64,000 bases of DNA from Myxococcales bacterium (GCA_047601445.1 JASGJH010000001.1:5568001-5632000); one strand, 5' to 3'; shown: positions 10,024 to 20,692, numbered from the stretch's first letter. Notes: generated by a model from the letters alone, not told the origin. Translations and numbers: made by a program.

Positions 10024-10878
10024 ATGGCCACAGGAACGACCATTTCCAGCGCGGGAACCGCCCCGCAGAACAATGCCCCGGATCTCGCCGCAATCAAGGC
10101 TCGCCAGCAGGCCATGTGGGCCTCGGGGGACTTCTCGGTGGTCGGGACCACGCTGCAGCTGGTGGGAGAACAGCTCTGCGAATCCATGGACTTGTGCCCC
10201 GGGGAACGGGTGCTCGATGTGGCCTGTGGCAACGGTCACGCGGCGCTCGCGGCGGCGCGGCGCTACACGGAAGTTACGGGCCTGGACTACGTACCTTCCC
10301 TGCTGGAACGCGCGCGGGAACGCGCCCAGGCCGAACGAGCACAAATCACTTTCGTGGAGGGGGACGCCGAAGCCATGCCCTTCCCCGACCAGAGCTTCGA
10401 CGCGGTGATCTCCACCTACGGCGTGATGTTCGCGCCTGACCAGGAGCGCGCGGCGCGCGAGCTCACGCGGGTGTGCCGGCCCGGCGGCAAGATCGGGCTC
10501 GCGTCGTGGACGCCCGAGGGGATGATCGGCGGTCTCTTGAAGATCGTCGGACGCTACGTGCCGCCGCCGGCCGGCCTGCGACCCACCGTGCAGTGGGGGA
10601 CCGAGTCGCGGCTCCAGGAGCTGTTCGCCGGCCGCGCGCGCATCATCCACGCCGAGCGCAAGCCCTGCGTGTTCCGCTACCTCTCGCCCGAGCACTGCGT
10701 CGACGTGTTCCGTCGCTACTACGGCCCGACCTACAAGGCCTTCCAGGCGCTCGCGCCGGCTCAGCAGCAGCAGCTGGAGCGCGACATGATCGAGCTGTTC
10801 ACGGCCCACAACCGCAGCGGCGGCAAGGCCATGATCGCACCTGCCGAGTACCTCGAGGTCGTACTCCAGGTGGGGTGA
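10024..10878 (+). CDS. Class I SAM-dependent methyltransferase (UbiE/Methyltransf_11-like)
   Basis: VLDVACGNG motif I, GDAEAMPFPDQSFDAV, GVMFAPD; GGAG upstream of ATG 10024; divergent from araC. Confidence 0.92.
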   Translation: MATGTTISSAGTAPQNNAPDLAAIKARQQAMWASGDFSVVGTTLQLVGEQLCESMDLCPGERVLDVACGNGHAALAAARRYTEVTGLDYVPSLLERARERAQAERAQITFVEGDAEAMPFPDQSFDAVISTYGVMFAPDQERAARELTRVCRPGGKIGLASWTPEGMIGGLLKIVGRYVPPPAGLRPTVQWGTESRLQELFAGRARIIHAERKPCVFRYLSPEHCVDVFRRYYGPTYKAFQALAPAQQQQLERDMIELFTAHNRSGGKAMIAPAEYLEVVLQVG

Positions 10879-10928
10879 GGTTGACATCGATCGAGGTCCC
10901 AACCTCGACACCCGCAGGGTGCGCCCAT

Positions 10929-12878
10929 ATGCTCGCGGCAGACTTCCGAAGTGGACTGGGATGGCGCTGCGATTGGGTAGATTCAGAGATCGTCGTCTGG
11001 GCAGCGCTGCTGGGGGCGCTGCTATTTGCCTCCAGCGCCGACCCAGCGCGGCCCCAGCAACGTCCACCCGCCCGCGCCGCGTATCGTCCTGTCGCTCCCA
11101 TTCATACGGGCGTGGCGGTGCGTCAGACGTTCCGCAGCGCCTCCGACCGCATCGTGGGTGTGAGCCTCGAGCTCGCCACCTATCAACGCAGCAACCAGGG
11201 CGAGCTCACGCTTCGCCTGAGCGAGCGGACGACGGGCGAAGACTTCCACGAGCTGGCGCGCATCACGCGAGCCAGCAGCGAGGTGGTCAACGACGCCTAC
11301 AACGAGTTTGCCTTCGAGTCCCCTGTCCGGGTGAAGCGCGGACAGCAGTTGGCGCTCGAGCTCACCACGAACTCGGACAGCGCGAACGCCATCACCTGGT
11401 ACATGACGCCGCACTGGATGCCCAAGGGGCTGCGGCTCTCCGTCAATGACGCCCGCGAGCGTGGCACGGCGCATTTCACAATCGACTACGGGAACAGCGG
11501 GGTGAGCTCAGGTGAGCGGGCGGTCCTGGCGGCCTGGGGCGCACTGCTAGGCGGACTGCTCGGGCTTCTCTGGTCACTCTGGAGAAAGCACGCCGAGGCT
11601 CCCGCGCTCTCGCGTCTGCGCGCGCGCCTGGGACGCATGCTCGACGGCGACGAGCGCTCCGATGCAGCCACGCCGCCTTTCGCGTTGTGCTTCGTGGTAG
11701 CGGCCCTGGTGATCGCGTTCAAAGCCCCCGATTCCCTGGCCAATCCGCAGTTCTGGTTCGAAGACGCGGTGATCTTTTTCGCGCAGCAGCAGGGGCACTA
11801 CGGACCGCAGCTGTTCACTTCCTACGCCTCCTATCTGCACACCCTACCTCGCTTGGTGGCCTGGGTGGCGCACGCCTTTCCCTACGCCTACGCGCCCACC
11901 GTCTACAACTACGGGGCCTGGTTGCTCGGCGCCGGCGCGCTGGCCTCGCTGCGTCACCTGCGACTCGGCGGCTTGCCGTTCCTTGTTGTGCTGTCTGCGA
12001 TCGCCCTGACGCCCACCAACGGCGAGGTCTTCGGCACCATCACGGGCCTCCAGTGGCTGCTGCAGTTCTACTTCATGGGCATGCTGGCCCGTTTCGCGCG
12101 CAACGAGGTCTCGGTCGCGCCGTACTTGCGGGCGGCCACCGCGTTCGCGCTCGGACTCACGGGCCCCTTCGGCGTCTTCGCCGCGCTCGCGGCCCTGGGC
12201 ATGCTCGTGCTCTCGCGACTGCTCGATCGCCGCCAGCCCGAGCGCGCCTTCGCGCTGCGCTGGAACCTGGAGCTCACGGCGGTCGCGCTCGCGGCGCTCA
12301 TCCAGGTGGTGTGCGTACTCGTTGCTCGCTCGCCCTCCAACGTGTCGCCCGCGCCGGTGGACCTCAAGAGTGTGCTGCGCATCATCGGACTGGTTCAGCT
12401 GCACGCCTACGGCACCGAGCTCGTGTCGCGTCCGCTGTTCCGCATGCTCCTGCTGGGCCTCACCGTGGTGGCGTTCTGGTGCACACCCGACCGCCGAAGC
12501 CGCCTGCTCCTGGCGGGCCTGTTGGGCTTCGTGCTGCTCGAAGGCGTCACCGTGGTGCGCAAGTTCAGCGGCGACGCGGGCTTCGCGGAGCTGGGCGAGT
12601 TCGGTCGCGGCGACCGCTACTATGTGCCCATCAAGACGCTCATGGTGTGGCAGTTCGCGTTGATCGCCGAACGCCTGGCGGGCCCCAAACCTTGGCGTCG
12701 CGCGTTCGCCTTCGCCCTGGTGCTGCTCTTGCCCCTACCGCTCTACGGGCACTTGCTGCAAAAGCCGGCGTTCCCTGATCTACTGTGGAAGGATCAAGCG
12801 CGACCCGCCGACCAGGGCCAAGCGATCGACATCGATACCTACCCGCCGCCGCTCAGGGTTCATCTCGAAGGGCGCTGA
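10929..12878 (+). CDS. Polytopic membrane protein, possibly GT-C-fold glycosyltransferase-like, with an N-terminal soluble domain
   Basis: Many hydrophobic segments; ANPQFWFEDAVIFF...YASYLHTLPRLVA motif and late GDRYY. Start uncertain; the ORF-track start at 10473 overlaps the methyltransferase. Confidence 0.6.
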   Translation: MLAADFRSGLGWRCDWVDSEIVVWAALLGALLFASSADPARPQQRPPARAAYRPVAPIHTGVAVRQTFRSASDRIVGVSLELATYQRSNQGELTLRLSERTTGEDFHELARITRASSEVVNDAYNEFAFESPVRVKRGQQLALELTTNSDSANAITWYMTPHWMPKGLRLSVNDARERGTAHFTIDYGNSGVSSGERAVLAAWGALLGGLLGLLWSLWRKHAEAPALSRLRARLGRMLDGDERSDAATPPFALCFVVAALVIAFKAPDSLANPQFWFEDAVIFFAQQQGHYGPQLFTSYASYLHTLPRLVAWVAHAFPYAYAPTVYNYGAWLLGAGALASLRHLRLGGLPFLVVLSAIALTPTNGEVFGTITGLQWLLQFYFMGMLARFARNEVSVAPYLRAATAFALGLTGPFGVFAALAALGMLVLSRLLDRRQPERAFALRWNLELTAVALAALIQVVCVLVARSPSNVSPAPVDLKSVLRIIGLVQLHAYGTELVSRPLFRMLLLGLTVVAFWCTPDRRSRLLLAGLLGFVLLEGVTVVRKFSGDAGFAELGEFGRGDRYYVPIKTLMVWQFALIAERLAGPKPWRRAFAFALVLLLPLPLYGHLLQKPAFPDLLWKDQARPADQGQAIDIDTYPPPLRVHLEGR

Positions 12879-12890
12879 GCGCGCCGCGCT

Positions 12891-13766
12891 TCAGTGCGCC
12901 GTGCCCGAGGGCCAGAGTGTGGCGAGGGCGTTCGTGAAGCGCGACCAGGAGTCCGAGTCGGCCGCTGCATCGTAGGCCAGGGGCAGGCTGAACTTGCTGC
13001 CCGCCGCGGTGGCGTCGGGATTCGTGAAGCCATGCTTGGCCTCCGGGTACTCGACGACCTCGTAGTTCGCGCCGGCCGCGTCCATCTCCTTGCGGAAGTT
13101 GGCGAGCTGCTCCGCCGGCACGAAGGGGTCGGAGCCCCCCGTGAAGACCATCAGCTTGCCCGAGAAGGTCCCCGGCTGGAGCGGAGCCTGGGTCGCCAGA
13201 TTGCCGTGGAAGGTGGCCACCAGGGGCAGGTTTTCGCCGGCGCGCAGCATGTTGAGTGCCACGGCGCCGCCCATACAGTACCCGATCACGGCGATTTCTT
13301 CGGGGTTGGTGTGGGCGTTGGCCTTGAGCATCGCGAGGCCCGCATCGAAGCGCTGCTTGGCCTCGGCCTGGTTGCTCATCACTTCCATCATGAACTTGTT
13401 GGCGTCGGTCGGGTGCTCCGCGGTCTTGCCCTCGCCGAACATGTCCACCGCCAGCGCCACGTAACCGAGCTCGGCCAGCTGCCTCACGCGAGACCGCACG
13501 TAGTCATTGAGTCCCCACCATTCGTGCACCACGAGCACGCCGGGGCGCTTGCCCGGGAGGTTCGAGGGATAGGCGATGAAGCCCTTGAGGGCCGTGCTGC
13601 CGCTCGTGTAGGTGACCTCCTCGGTCTGCACCTGCGTCTGGGCCTTCGCAGCGGTCTGAGCGGGCAGCTCTCCGGTCGGGGCCACCACTGTGGGCGCTCG
13701 CTTGTGAGCACAGGCGGTCAATCCCACGAGCAACCAGGAGATGCTCAACCACGTCACGATCTTCAT
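12891..13766 (-). CDS. Dienelactone hydrolase family lipoprotein
   Basis: LTAC lipobox; VHEWWGLN, GYCMGG nucleophile motif, HGFTNP; GAGGAG RBS. Confidence 0.93.
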   Translation of the reverse strand: MKIVTWLSISWLLVGLTACAHKRAPTVVAPTGELPAQTAAKAQTQVQTEEVTYTSGSTALKGFIAYPSNLPGKRPGVLVVHEWWGLNDYVRSRVRQLAELGYVALAVDMFGEGKTAEHPTDANKFMMEVMSNQAEAKQRFDAGLAMLKANAHTNPEEIAVIGYCMGGAVALNMLRAGENLPLVATFHGNLATQAPLQPGTFSGKLMVFTGGSDPFVPAEQLANFRKEMDAAGANYEVVEYPEAKHGFTNPDATAAGSKFSLPLAYDAAADSDSWSRFTNALATLWPSGTAH

Positions 13767-13927
13767 GTAAATCTCCTCGTTCGAGGCAAGTCGAGGACGC
13801 TCGAAAAGCGAGTCCCCGGGCGAGCCTAGCCTCGGAATCCGACGCCACCAAACTGATGGGCACCGAATCCGGGGAGCGCGCAGCCGGGGACCGACCAGCA
13901 GAGGTCAGAGCGTGCTCGAACGGCGGA

Positions 13928-14722
13928 TCACACCGAAAACGGCACCGAAATGCCATAGGCACGCCACCAAAACACCGCGGCCAAGGCCGCCCCGGCGAAC
14001 AACAGGGTCGCCCACAACCAGGTGCGGTTGGGCCGATTCAGGGCCGGGTCGTAGTCATCCGGGATGTTGTCGTGGAAGCTCCAGACCGAGAATGGATAAG
14101 GCGTGTAGTAGACGGGTTCCTGCGCGCGCCAGTTGCGCGTGCGACGTGGCGCCGCGGTGGTGGTCGGGCGCGAAGCCGCCGGAAAGCCGAGCTGAGTGAC
14201 GGGCTGCACGCGACCCTGATGACGGGGTTGCGCGGAGCTTCCGCCGAGCGGCCAAGGCGTGGCCTCGACCAAGCGCAGGGTCGCCATCGAGCGCGGGTTC
14301 TTCACCTGGCTCACGAATGTCTGCTGCTTCTGCTGTACGCGCGAGTACTCCTGGAGCGCGTGCTGCGCGTCGAGCGCGTCGCACTCCATCAAGTACTGCT
14401 CCCACGGGCGACGATGACGGCGCCAGCGACGACCGTAGCGGCTGCCACCGAGCCGACTGCGCAGATCGGTGATCACACCGAACACGACGCTGCTGAGGGC
14501 GACCACGCCGAGGATCCCGAGGGACACCTCGAGCAAGGAGGGCAACGTGCTCCCTGGGGCACGTGATTCGAGCAGCGCCTCGAGTGAGCGAATCAGCGCA
14601 GGCGCGGTCACTGCGAGCGCCGAACAGACGCCGAGCAACACGATGGCACTGACGAAGGCAGAGCGGGGGCGGTCGGGCTCGGGACCGACCGAGAGCTCGG
14701 GCGATAGAGATGATTGATTCAC
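13928..14722 (-). CDS. Hypothetical membrane protein (about 3 TM segments)
   Basis: GTG start with AGGAGG upstream; two N-terminal and one C-terminal hydrophobic segments; fills the gap between genes. Confidence 0.65.
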   Translation of the reverse strand: MNQSSLSPELSVGPEPDRPRSAFVSAIVLLGVCSALAVTAPALIRSLEALLESRAPGSTLPSLLEVSLGILGVVALSSVVFGVITDLRSRLGGSRYGRRWRRHRRPWEQYLMECDALDAQHALQEYSRVQQKQQTFVSQVKNPRSMATLRLVEATPWPLGGSSAQPRHQGRVQPVTQLGFPAASRPTTTAAPRRTRNWRAQEPVYYTPYPFSVWSFHDNIPDDYDPALNRPNRTWLWATLLFAGAALAAVFWWRAYGISVPFSV

Positions 14723-15043
14723 GAAAACCTCCTCTGCTGGAGCGAGGTCGCGAGTGCGTGCGACCCGATGCCCCTATAGGCAATCGCCGATCCAAAGCAG
14801 AAGAAACATCGAAAAATCGCGCAATTGGTAGAACCTCGGTCACGCAGACCGCACACTCACGCGCGGACCCGAGGCTAGGTCGAGCACACTTGCGCCGAGA
14901 GCAGGGCGGGTTCGCGCATGCGCGCGTGACAGATATGCATGTCGCGTTCTGCTGCGTGCTGACGGCGCTCTTGCGGCCTCTTTAACAGCGAGCTTGCTGC
15001 GCGCGCACGCACGCACCATCTCGACGTCGACGCCAGCAACCCC

Positions 15044-16093
15044 CTAAGGCGAGACCACCACGCGCAGCTCGCGAAAGCCCACGCCACCACGTGAGTCTCG
15101 CAACACCAGCCACAACTTGTGCTCACCCGCCTTGCTGGGCGCGGTCCACTCGTTGCTGGTGCTCTCGGCGCGCTCTTCCTCGGCCACACCGGTGCGCTCG
15201 TCCGCGTAGACGCCGGCCGTGGCGTACCAGGCGAGGCTCAGGCTCTCGTACCGCGACACCAGCGCGCCCGCCTGCACGTCGAGCCAGAGGTACTCCTCCT
15301 GCCCCGGGCAGCCGGGCGGGACTGGCTTCGCGCAATCGTCGGTGCAGCTGGCAGCGAGCTCGTGGATGCTGCAAATGCCATCGCCGCAGACGTCCTCTGC
15401 TTGGCTGGGGCAGTGTGCCCAGTGGGCGGCGAGCTCCAGCGTCTCGCCGGCTCTCACCTGAAGTACGTCTGCATCGCCCAACGAGGTCCGCTCGCCGCCT
15501 GCACGCTTGACGTCCACGTAGTCGACGCGCGGGTTCACGTTGCGACGGTAGCGCTGGTTAAACTCGCCCGATGTCTTCGGGTCCACGCCCGCCAGGCCGC
15601 AGTATAGGCGCTGCTCGTAGAGCACCGTCTTAGGTTGACCCTGATCGGGCACCACCCCCAGGATCACGGGCTGCTTGTAGCCGCCCGTGGCATCCGGATC
15701 TGCAGGTCGCCCGGGCGGGCTGTCACCCTCCGGCTTGGGGGGATTGGGACCAAACTGCGCGCAGGCCTGGGAGGGCATGGTGCCCTGCACCTCGAGCCCT
15801 TTGCCGATGCTCACGAGCTTGTCACCCGCGGCATCGAAGCACTCCCGACTGACCGGCCCAAGCTCGGCAGCGGGCTTGCGAGCTTCGCAGTGAAACCAGC
15901 TCAAGCGTCCGCCCGGCGTGCTGCCGTTCGACGTCACGAACAGGGACCGATAGGTCACCGCCTGCCCGGCGGCTGCCTCGGCGGGCTCCGCCTGGACCGC
16001 GAGCACGATGGGCCCCGTCACCGTGGCATCGTCGGTGTCGAGATCCGGGACGCAGCCCACGGCGAGGGCCGACAGCAGCACCGCTGCACGCAT
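15044..16093 (-). CDS. Cys-rich lipoprotein, partner of upstream TonB-dependent receptor
   Basis: MRAAVLLSALAVGC lipobox; VLAVQAEPAE; C-terminal LWLVLRDSRGG. Alternative start 16123. Confidence 0.85.
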   Translation of the reverse strand: MRAAVLLSALAVGCVPDLDTDDATVTGPIVLAVQAEPAEAAAGQAVTYRSLFVTSNGSTPGGRLSWFHCEARKPAAELGPVSRECFDAAGDKLVSIGKGLEVQGTMPSQACAQFGPNPPKPEGDSPPGRPADPDATGGYKQPVILGVVPDQGQPKTVLYEQRLYCGLAGVDPKTSGEFNQRYRRNVNPRVDYVDVKRAGGERTSLGDADVLQVRAGETLELAAHWAHCPSQAEDVCGDGICSIHELAASCTDDCAKPVPPGCPGQEEYLWLDVQAGALVSRYESLSLAWYATAGVYADERTGVAEEERAESTSNEWTAPSKAGEHKLWLVLRDSRGGVGFRELRVVVSP

Positions 16094-16110
16094 GGGTTGG
16101 CGCCGTCCGT

Positions 16111-18816
16111 TTAGAAAGTCCATTGCACACCTGCGACGGGAAGAATGGGCAAGCTCTGAATCTTGCCGCGACGCGTGAAATCGGGGCTGTACACGTACTC
16201 CTCGGTGTTCGCGCGGTTGGTGATGTTCTGAACCTCCAGATAGGCCTGTAGCTCGGAGGTCCCCAGCTTGAACGTTTGGCTGACGCGCACGTCGAGCTGC
16301 ATGAACATCGGGATGCGGATCCCATTGTGCTCGCCGAAGAAGGGCTGCTCTCGGTTGCGCAGAGCGTCGTAGTAGGTGCCGGTGACCTTCGTGCGCGGAT
16401 AGCCGCTGGCGACACGGAAGCGACCGCCGAGCTCGAAGCCCTTGAGCGGGGACCACACCAAGACGGTCGAGAGCACGTGGGTCTGGTCGTAGTCGAACAA
16501 GCGCCAGTCCGAGTTGTCGTCGTTCTTTCGCTCGCTGCGCATGATGGTGTAGGCGATCCAGCCGAAGAAGTGATCCGACATGTCCTTGCGGATCAGGGTC
16601 TGCAGACCCACCGTGCGCCCCTGCCCCGTGGGCAGGAGCGCCTGTGCCACGAGCGGCGAGGCCAGACCGTTGCGCATGGTGAGCTGGTCGAGGAAGGTGG
16701 CGAAACCGGTGAGCTCCACCGTGAGCTTCTCCAGAGGCTGCAGCGCGGCGCCAGCTACGAAGTGCCAGGCGCGCGAGGTCGGCAAGAGCGGGTTGCCGAA
16801 GGTGGACGAGAGATCGGCCGCGGCCGGCTGCTGATGATACAGACCGGCGGCCGTGTGCAGCGTGAGTCGCTCGAGCACGGCCCAGCGCAGCGCGAGGCGA
16901 GGCTCGGCCACGAAGTTCTGCTCGAACGCGCCCACCGGCGGGCTGTCGCCGATCACGGGCGTGCGCTTGCTGACGCTGCGGAAGTTCGGGTCGACGCGCA
17001 GGCCGGGGACGATGTGGAGTTTCTCTCCGAAGGGCGTGATGTCTGCCTCGGCGTAGGGCGCGATGCCCACGCGGGTGGTGGAGAAGTCATCGAAGCCGAT
17101 CTGATCGGGCGGCGGCTGTCCGAACACGCGAACGTCACCCTCACGAGGCGGCAAGCCGAGCGAACCGCGACGATCGATCTTGTAGTTGGCGACCTCTGCG
17201 TCGAGACCGCCCTCCAGACTGATCCAGGCGTTCAAGCGAATCGCGTGGCTCGCGCGCAGACCGACTACGTAGTCATCCGTCGACAACGACGTGACCGTGG
17301 CACCGTAGCTGCTCTTCTGGCTCTGGCTGCCGAAACCCACGTAAGGAGTGACCACCGTACGCGTACCGTTGCCGCGCTCGGCCACGTAGCGGGCGTACAG
17401 GCGATAAAAGGAGAGATCGCGCGCTTCGCGAGTGACCAACGACGGATCGGGGTTGGGCACGCCACGTGCGGTGTGATCGAGGCTCATCAGCCCTACCACC
17501 TCCACGCGCTGTCCATCGCCCAAGTCGCGAGCGATGCGGAGCTGGGCGTCGCGGTAGCGCGGAATCGGCACGAACTTGCCGACGTCGTCGTCGAGGCCCT
17601 TGGCGAGCTGATCGATCACGCTCACGCGGCCCGCAGCAGCCACGTCGGTCTGCTTGCCCAGGGAGGTGCTCATCATGGCCGAGGCGTCGAATACGTCGGC
17701 GGCCAAGAGCCCGTGCAGGCCCTGCTTGTCGGGGGTCTTGGTGTCGATGCGCACCAGACCGCCCAGGCCGCGACCATAGGCCGCGCCATAGCCACCCGGC
17801 ACCAGCTCGACCGAGCTGACCATGCTGGAGTGGACCGTCGAGCGCAGACCGCCCTCGTGGTAGAGGCGCGGAATGGGCACGCCGTCCACATAGGTGCGCG
17901 TGTCCTCGGGGCCTGCGCCCCACACCACCAGCTGACCCGAGCCCACGGCGGAGCGCGCCACGCCGGGCAGGTTCTCCACCACGCGCACCACGTCGCCTTG
18001 CGCGCCGGGAATGCTGCGGGCCTGCTCGGCGCTCACCTTGGTGGAAACCACCTCGCGTTTGAGCGCGGGAGGGGCCGTCACCAGGATCTCCATGTCGTCG
18101 CTCGGTCCCTGCTCGGCACCTGGCGGCGGCTGCAGCGCAACCTTGTAGGTCACGTCCAACTCTTCGCCCACCACCACCGTCTCCTCGGTCTGGAGTGGCG
18201 TGAGCCGCTCACCCGAGAGCGTGATCGGCAGCTTGCCTGGCGCGAGGTTTTCCAGGCGAAAGTGGCCCTTCTCGTCGGTGGTGACGCTCACGCCTCCGGG
18301 CAACTCCACCTTCACGTTCGGGAGCGGCTTCTTGGTGTCGGCATCGAGCACGGTGCCACTCAGCACACCGGTGGTCGGCACCACCTTCTCCTCACGCAGC
18401 GTGAACACATAGCGATACACGATGCGGATGGCCGCCGGCTTGCCGTCGATCTCCGCGGGCGAGAACTCGAAGGCCTGCACCGCCGCCAGCGCCGCGGCGT
18501 CGAAGGCCGCGCCGCCCGACTCCGTGACCTGCGCCTCGCCGACCTTGCCGAGCGCGTCGATCAAGATGGTGAGCGTCACGCCGACGTCGCCCGTGGGCTT
18601 GGGCTCCACCGTGGGATAGGGGGCTTCCACGAACTTCGTGAGCGCGGGAGGCTTGGTGAGCTTGGGGCCCTCCGGGGCCGGACCCGCCGTGCTCGGCGTG
18701 GACCCCTGCGCCGCCGCTTCGCTCGCGGTGCCCAGGCACAACGAGAGTAGGAGCAAGCTCAGGCGACGCAGCGACCTTGTTCGCGCGTGACTCGAATGAA
18801 AAAGAGTAAGACTCAT
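16111..18816 (-). CDS. TonB-dependent receptor with N-terminal TonB_C-like and carboxypeptidase-regulatory-like domains
   Basis: Signal peptide; YP...IDALGKV...FDAAALAAVQAFEFSPA (TonB_C); plug motif PGAQGDVVRVVENLPGV; beta-barrel with FDYDQTH and terminal F. ATG 18816 overlaps the tonB stop (ATGA). Confidence 0.92.
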   Translation of the reverse strand: MSLTLFHSSHARTRSLRRLSLLLLSLCLGTASEAAAQGSTPSTAGPAPEGPKLTKPPALTKFVEAPYPTVEPKPTGDVGVTLTILIDALGKVGEAQVTESGGAAFDAAALAAVQAFEFSPAEIDGKPAAIRIVYRYVFTLREEKVVPTTGVLSGTVLDADTKKPLPNVKVELPGGVSVTTDEKGHFRLENLAPGKLPITLSGERLTPLQTEETVVVGEELDVTYKVALQPPPGAEQGPSDDMEILVTAPPALKREVVSTKVSAEQARSIPGAQGDVVRVVENLPGVARSAVGSGQLVVWGAGPEDTRTYVDGVPIPRLYHEGGLRSTVHSSMVSSVELVPGGYGAAYGRGLGGLVRIDTKTPDKQGLHGLLAADVFDASAMMSTSLGKQTDVAAAGRVSVIDQLAKGLDDDVGKFVPIPRYRDAQLRIARDLGDGQRVEVVGLMSLDHTARGVPNPDPSLVTREARDLSFYRLYARYVAERGNGTRTVVTPYVGFGSQSQKSSYGATVTSLSTDDYVVGLRASHAIRLNAWISLEGGLDAEVANYKIDRRGSLGLPPREGDVRVFGQPPPDQIGFDDFSTTRVGIAPYAEADITPFGEKLHIVPGLRVDPNFRSVSKRTPVIGDSPPVGAFEQNFVAEPRLALRWAVLERLTLHTAAGLYHQQPAAADLSSTFGNPLLPTSRAWHFVAGAALQPLEKLTVELTGFATFLDQLTMRNGLASPLVAQALLPTGQGRTVGLQTLIRKDMSDHFFGWIAYTIMRSERKNDDNSDWRLFDYDQTHVLSTVLVWSPLKGFELGGRFRVASGYPRTKVTGTYYDALRNREQPFFGEHNGIRIPMFMQLDVRVSQTFKLGTSELQAYLEVQNITNRANTEEYVYSPDFTRRGKIQSLPILPVAGVQWTF

Positions 18817-19526
18817 AGCGTAAATCGGATGCTCACCACGAATGTCGATTCCACGGGCTTGCCGCACTGCTGCGCTGGCTCGAACGACGCGCCTTCCACG
18901 GCGCGCACGGCAGCTTCATCGAGTCCATGTCCCAGTCCTTCGAGCACCTTCACACTGCGGATCGCTCCGCTCGCGTCGACGGTGATCTCCACGCGCACCT
19001 TGCCCTCGATGCTGGCGGCACGCGCTTCCTCGGTGTATTCGGGCCGTCCCATCGAGAGCGGCTTCGGCTTCGTTGCGGGCTCCTCGCAGGTATCTTCCGC
19101 CACTTGCTTCTTGGCGGGTTCAACCAGACTCTTGGCCTGCGCCACGCGCTTCACGGGCTCCTTGGTTCCAGAGGTGCCCAATGAGTCTCCCACGGGCACG
19201 GCGACGCCACCGAGTCCCACACCGCCGGTCATGGCGATGCCGAACGTGGGCGCAGCGGCCGCCACGGGCGCGGGCGCGACCTCGGGCGGAGGCTCGGCAG
19301 ACTTGGCCTTGGGCGCGGCCTTCGCCTTCGGTTGGGCCACCGGTGGCGGTGGTGGAGGCGGTGGAGGAGGAGGCTCTTCCTTGGCCTTGGCCTTCTTGGG
19401 CGGCTGCACCACGGTGATGGCGATGCGCTCGGGCTCCTTGGTGGGCTCGATTTCGCGCACGCCCATGCCGAGCGTCGCATGCAACGCGAAGCTGACACCG
19501 TAGAGCACTGTCATGGAGGTACGCAT
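18813..19526 (-). CDS. tonB: Energy transducer TonB
   Basis: N-terminal anchor SFALH, Pro-rich linker, C-terminal YTEEARAASIEGKV...GLDEAAV...FEPA. Confidence 0.92.
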   Translation of the reverse strand: MRTSMTVLYGVSFALHATLGMGVREIEPTKEPERIAITVVQPPKKAKAKEEPPPPPPPPPPPVAQPKAKAAPKAKSAEPPPEVAPAPVAAAAPTFGIAMTGGVGLGGVAVPVGDSLGTSGTKEPVKRVAQAKSLVEPAKKQVAEDTCEEPATKPKPLSMGRPEYTEEARAASIEGKVRVEITVDASGAIRSVKVLEGLGHGLDEAAVRAVEGASFEPAQQCGKPVESTFVVSIRFTL

Positions 19527-19531
19527 GACGA

Positions 19532-19960
19532 TTACTGACCTTCGCGCTCCACCTGGACGGCGAACTTGGTGATGTTGTTGCTGCGCGCCAGGTCGAGCAC
19601 GTGCACCACGATGCCGTGCTGCGCGACCTTGTCTGCGCTCACGATCAGCGTGATGTCATCACCCTTCTTGCCTGCCGCCGCGAGCTTCTCCTTGAGTTGA
19701 GCCTCGGTGACGGGCTCCTCGTTGAAGAGCATCTCACCCTTGGGACCGATGGTAACCGCCGCCAGTGAGGCTGCACTGCCATCCGACGTGGCCGTATTCG
19801 GCAGATCGACCTTCATGCTCTGCGACACGATCCAGGTCGCCGAGACCATCAAGATCACCAGCAGCACCAGCACCACGTCCACCATCGGGGTCACGTTGAT
19901 GCCCACGATCATCCCGCCGCGTCCGCCGCGACCACCACCTGTACTCGTCGTTCCAGCCAT
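19532..19960 (-). CDS. exbD: Biopolymer transport protein ExbD/TolR
   Basis: INVTPMVDVVLVLLVILMV; ADK...HG.VV.VLD. Confidence 0.95.
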   Translation of the reverse strand: MAGTTSTGGGRGGRGGMIVGINVTPMVDVVLVLLVILMVSATWIVSQSMKVDLPNTATSDGSAASLAAVTIGPKGEMLFNEEPVTEAQLKEKLAAAGKKGDDITLIVSADKVAQHGIVVHVLDLARSNNITKFAVQVEREGQ

Positions 19961-19972
19961 GACGCGCCTCCT

Positions 19973-20692
19973 TCACTCGGCCGGGGCCAGAGCGCTCGTG
20001 CGCTCGGCGTCGGGAGATTCACTGTCGCTCGCGGACGCGAGCTGCGGCTCTTCGATATCCTTGGCCTCGGGGTGCGTGTGCAACCAGGCCGTCACCAGGC
20101 GCGCCAGCGACTGCGCGTGCCCCTCGATTTCGCCCGCCTTCTTTTGGACCACGTTGTAAGCGACCACCGCGGGGATGGCGACGAAGATACCCACGCCCGT
20201 GGCGATCAAGGCCTCTGCGATGCCGCCCATGACCTTGGCCATGCCCGCGCCCTGCGCGCTCGAGCCGAGGTGGCTGAAGGCCTCGATGACGCCGATGACG
20301 GTGCCAAACAACCCCACGAAAGGAGCGTTGTTGCCGAGCGTACCCAGCAGGTTCGTGCCGCGATCCAAATCCGTGCGAGCTCTTCCGAGCGCGCTCTCGA
20401 GCGCGTCGTTCACGGCCTCGGGTCCGCCCTTCTTCCACTCGAGCGCCTCGCGCAGGATGGACGCCTCCAACGACGGGCTCGCGTCGAGCGCGCGCTTGGC
20501 CGCGGCGTAGTCGTTGTTGCGCAGGGCCTTGCGAAGCGTCTCGTCGAGCGCCTTACCGGCGTTCTTGTTCTTGCGGAAGAACAGGAAGCGCTCGAGCATG
20601 GCGCCGATGGACACCACGCTGAGGAACAGGAGCAGGTACAGAACCCAGGTGGCTCCGAGCATCGCGATCTTGAGCAGGCTTTGGACGATCAT
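19973..20692 (-). CDS. exbB: MotA/TolQ/ExbB proton channel protein
   Basis: LGTLGNNAPFVGLFGTVIGVI...GIAEALIATGVGIFVAIPAV. Confidence 0.95.
   Translation of the reverse strand: MIVQSLLKIAMLGATWVLYLLLFLSVVSIGAMLERFLFFRKNKNAGKALDETLRKALRNNDYAAAKRALDASPSLEASILREALEWKKGGPEAVNDALESALGRARTDLDRGTNLLGTLGNNAPFVGLFGTVIGVIEAFSHLGSSAQGAGMAKVMGGIAEALIATGVGIFVAIPAVVAYNVVQKKAGEIEGHAQSLARLVTAWLHTHPEAKDIEEPQLASASDSESPDAERTSALAPAE

Noticed and set aside
16276..18750. Long antisense ORFs (also 38573-40966, 44899-46890, 25623-27068 and others)
   Set aside because: Shadow frames of high-GC genes with no recognisable motifs.
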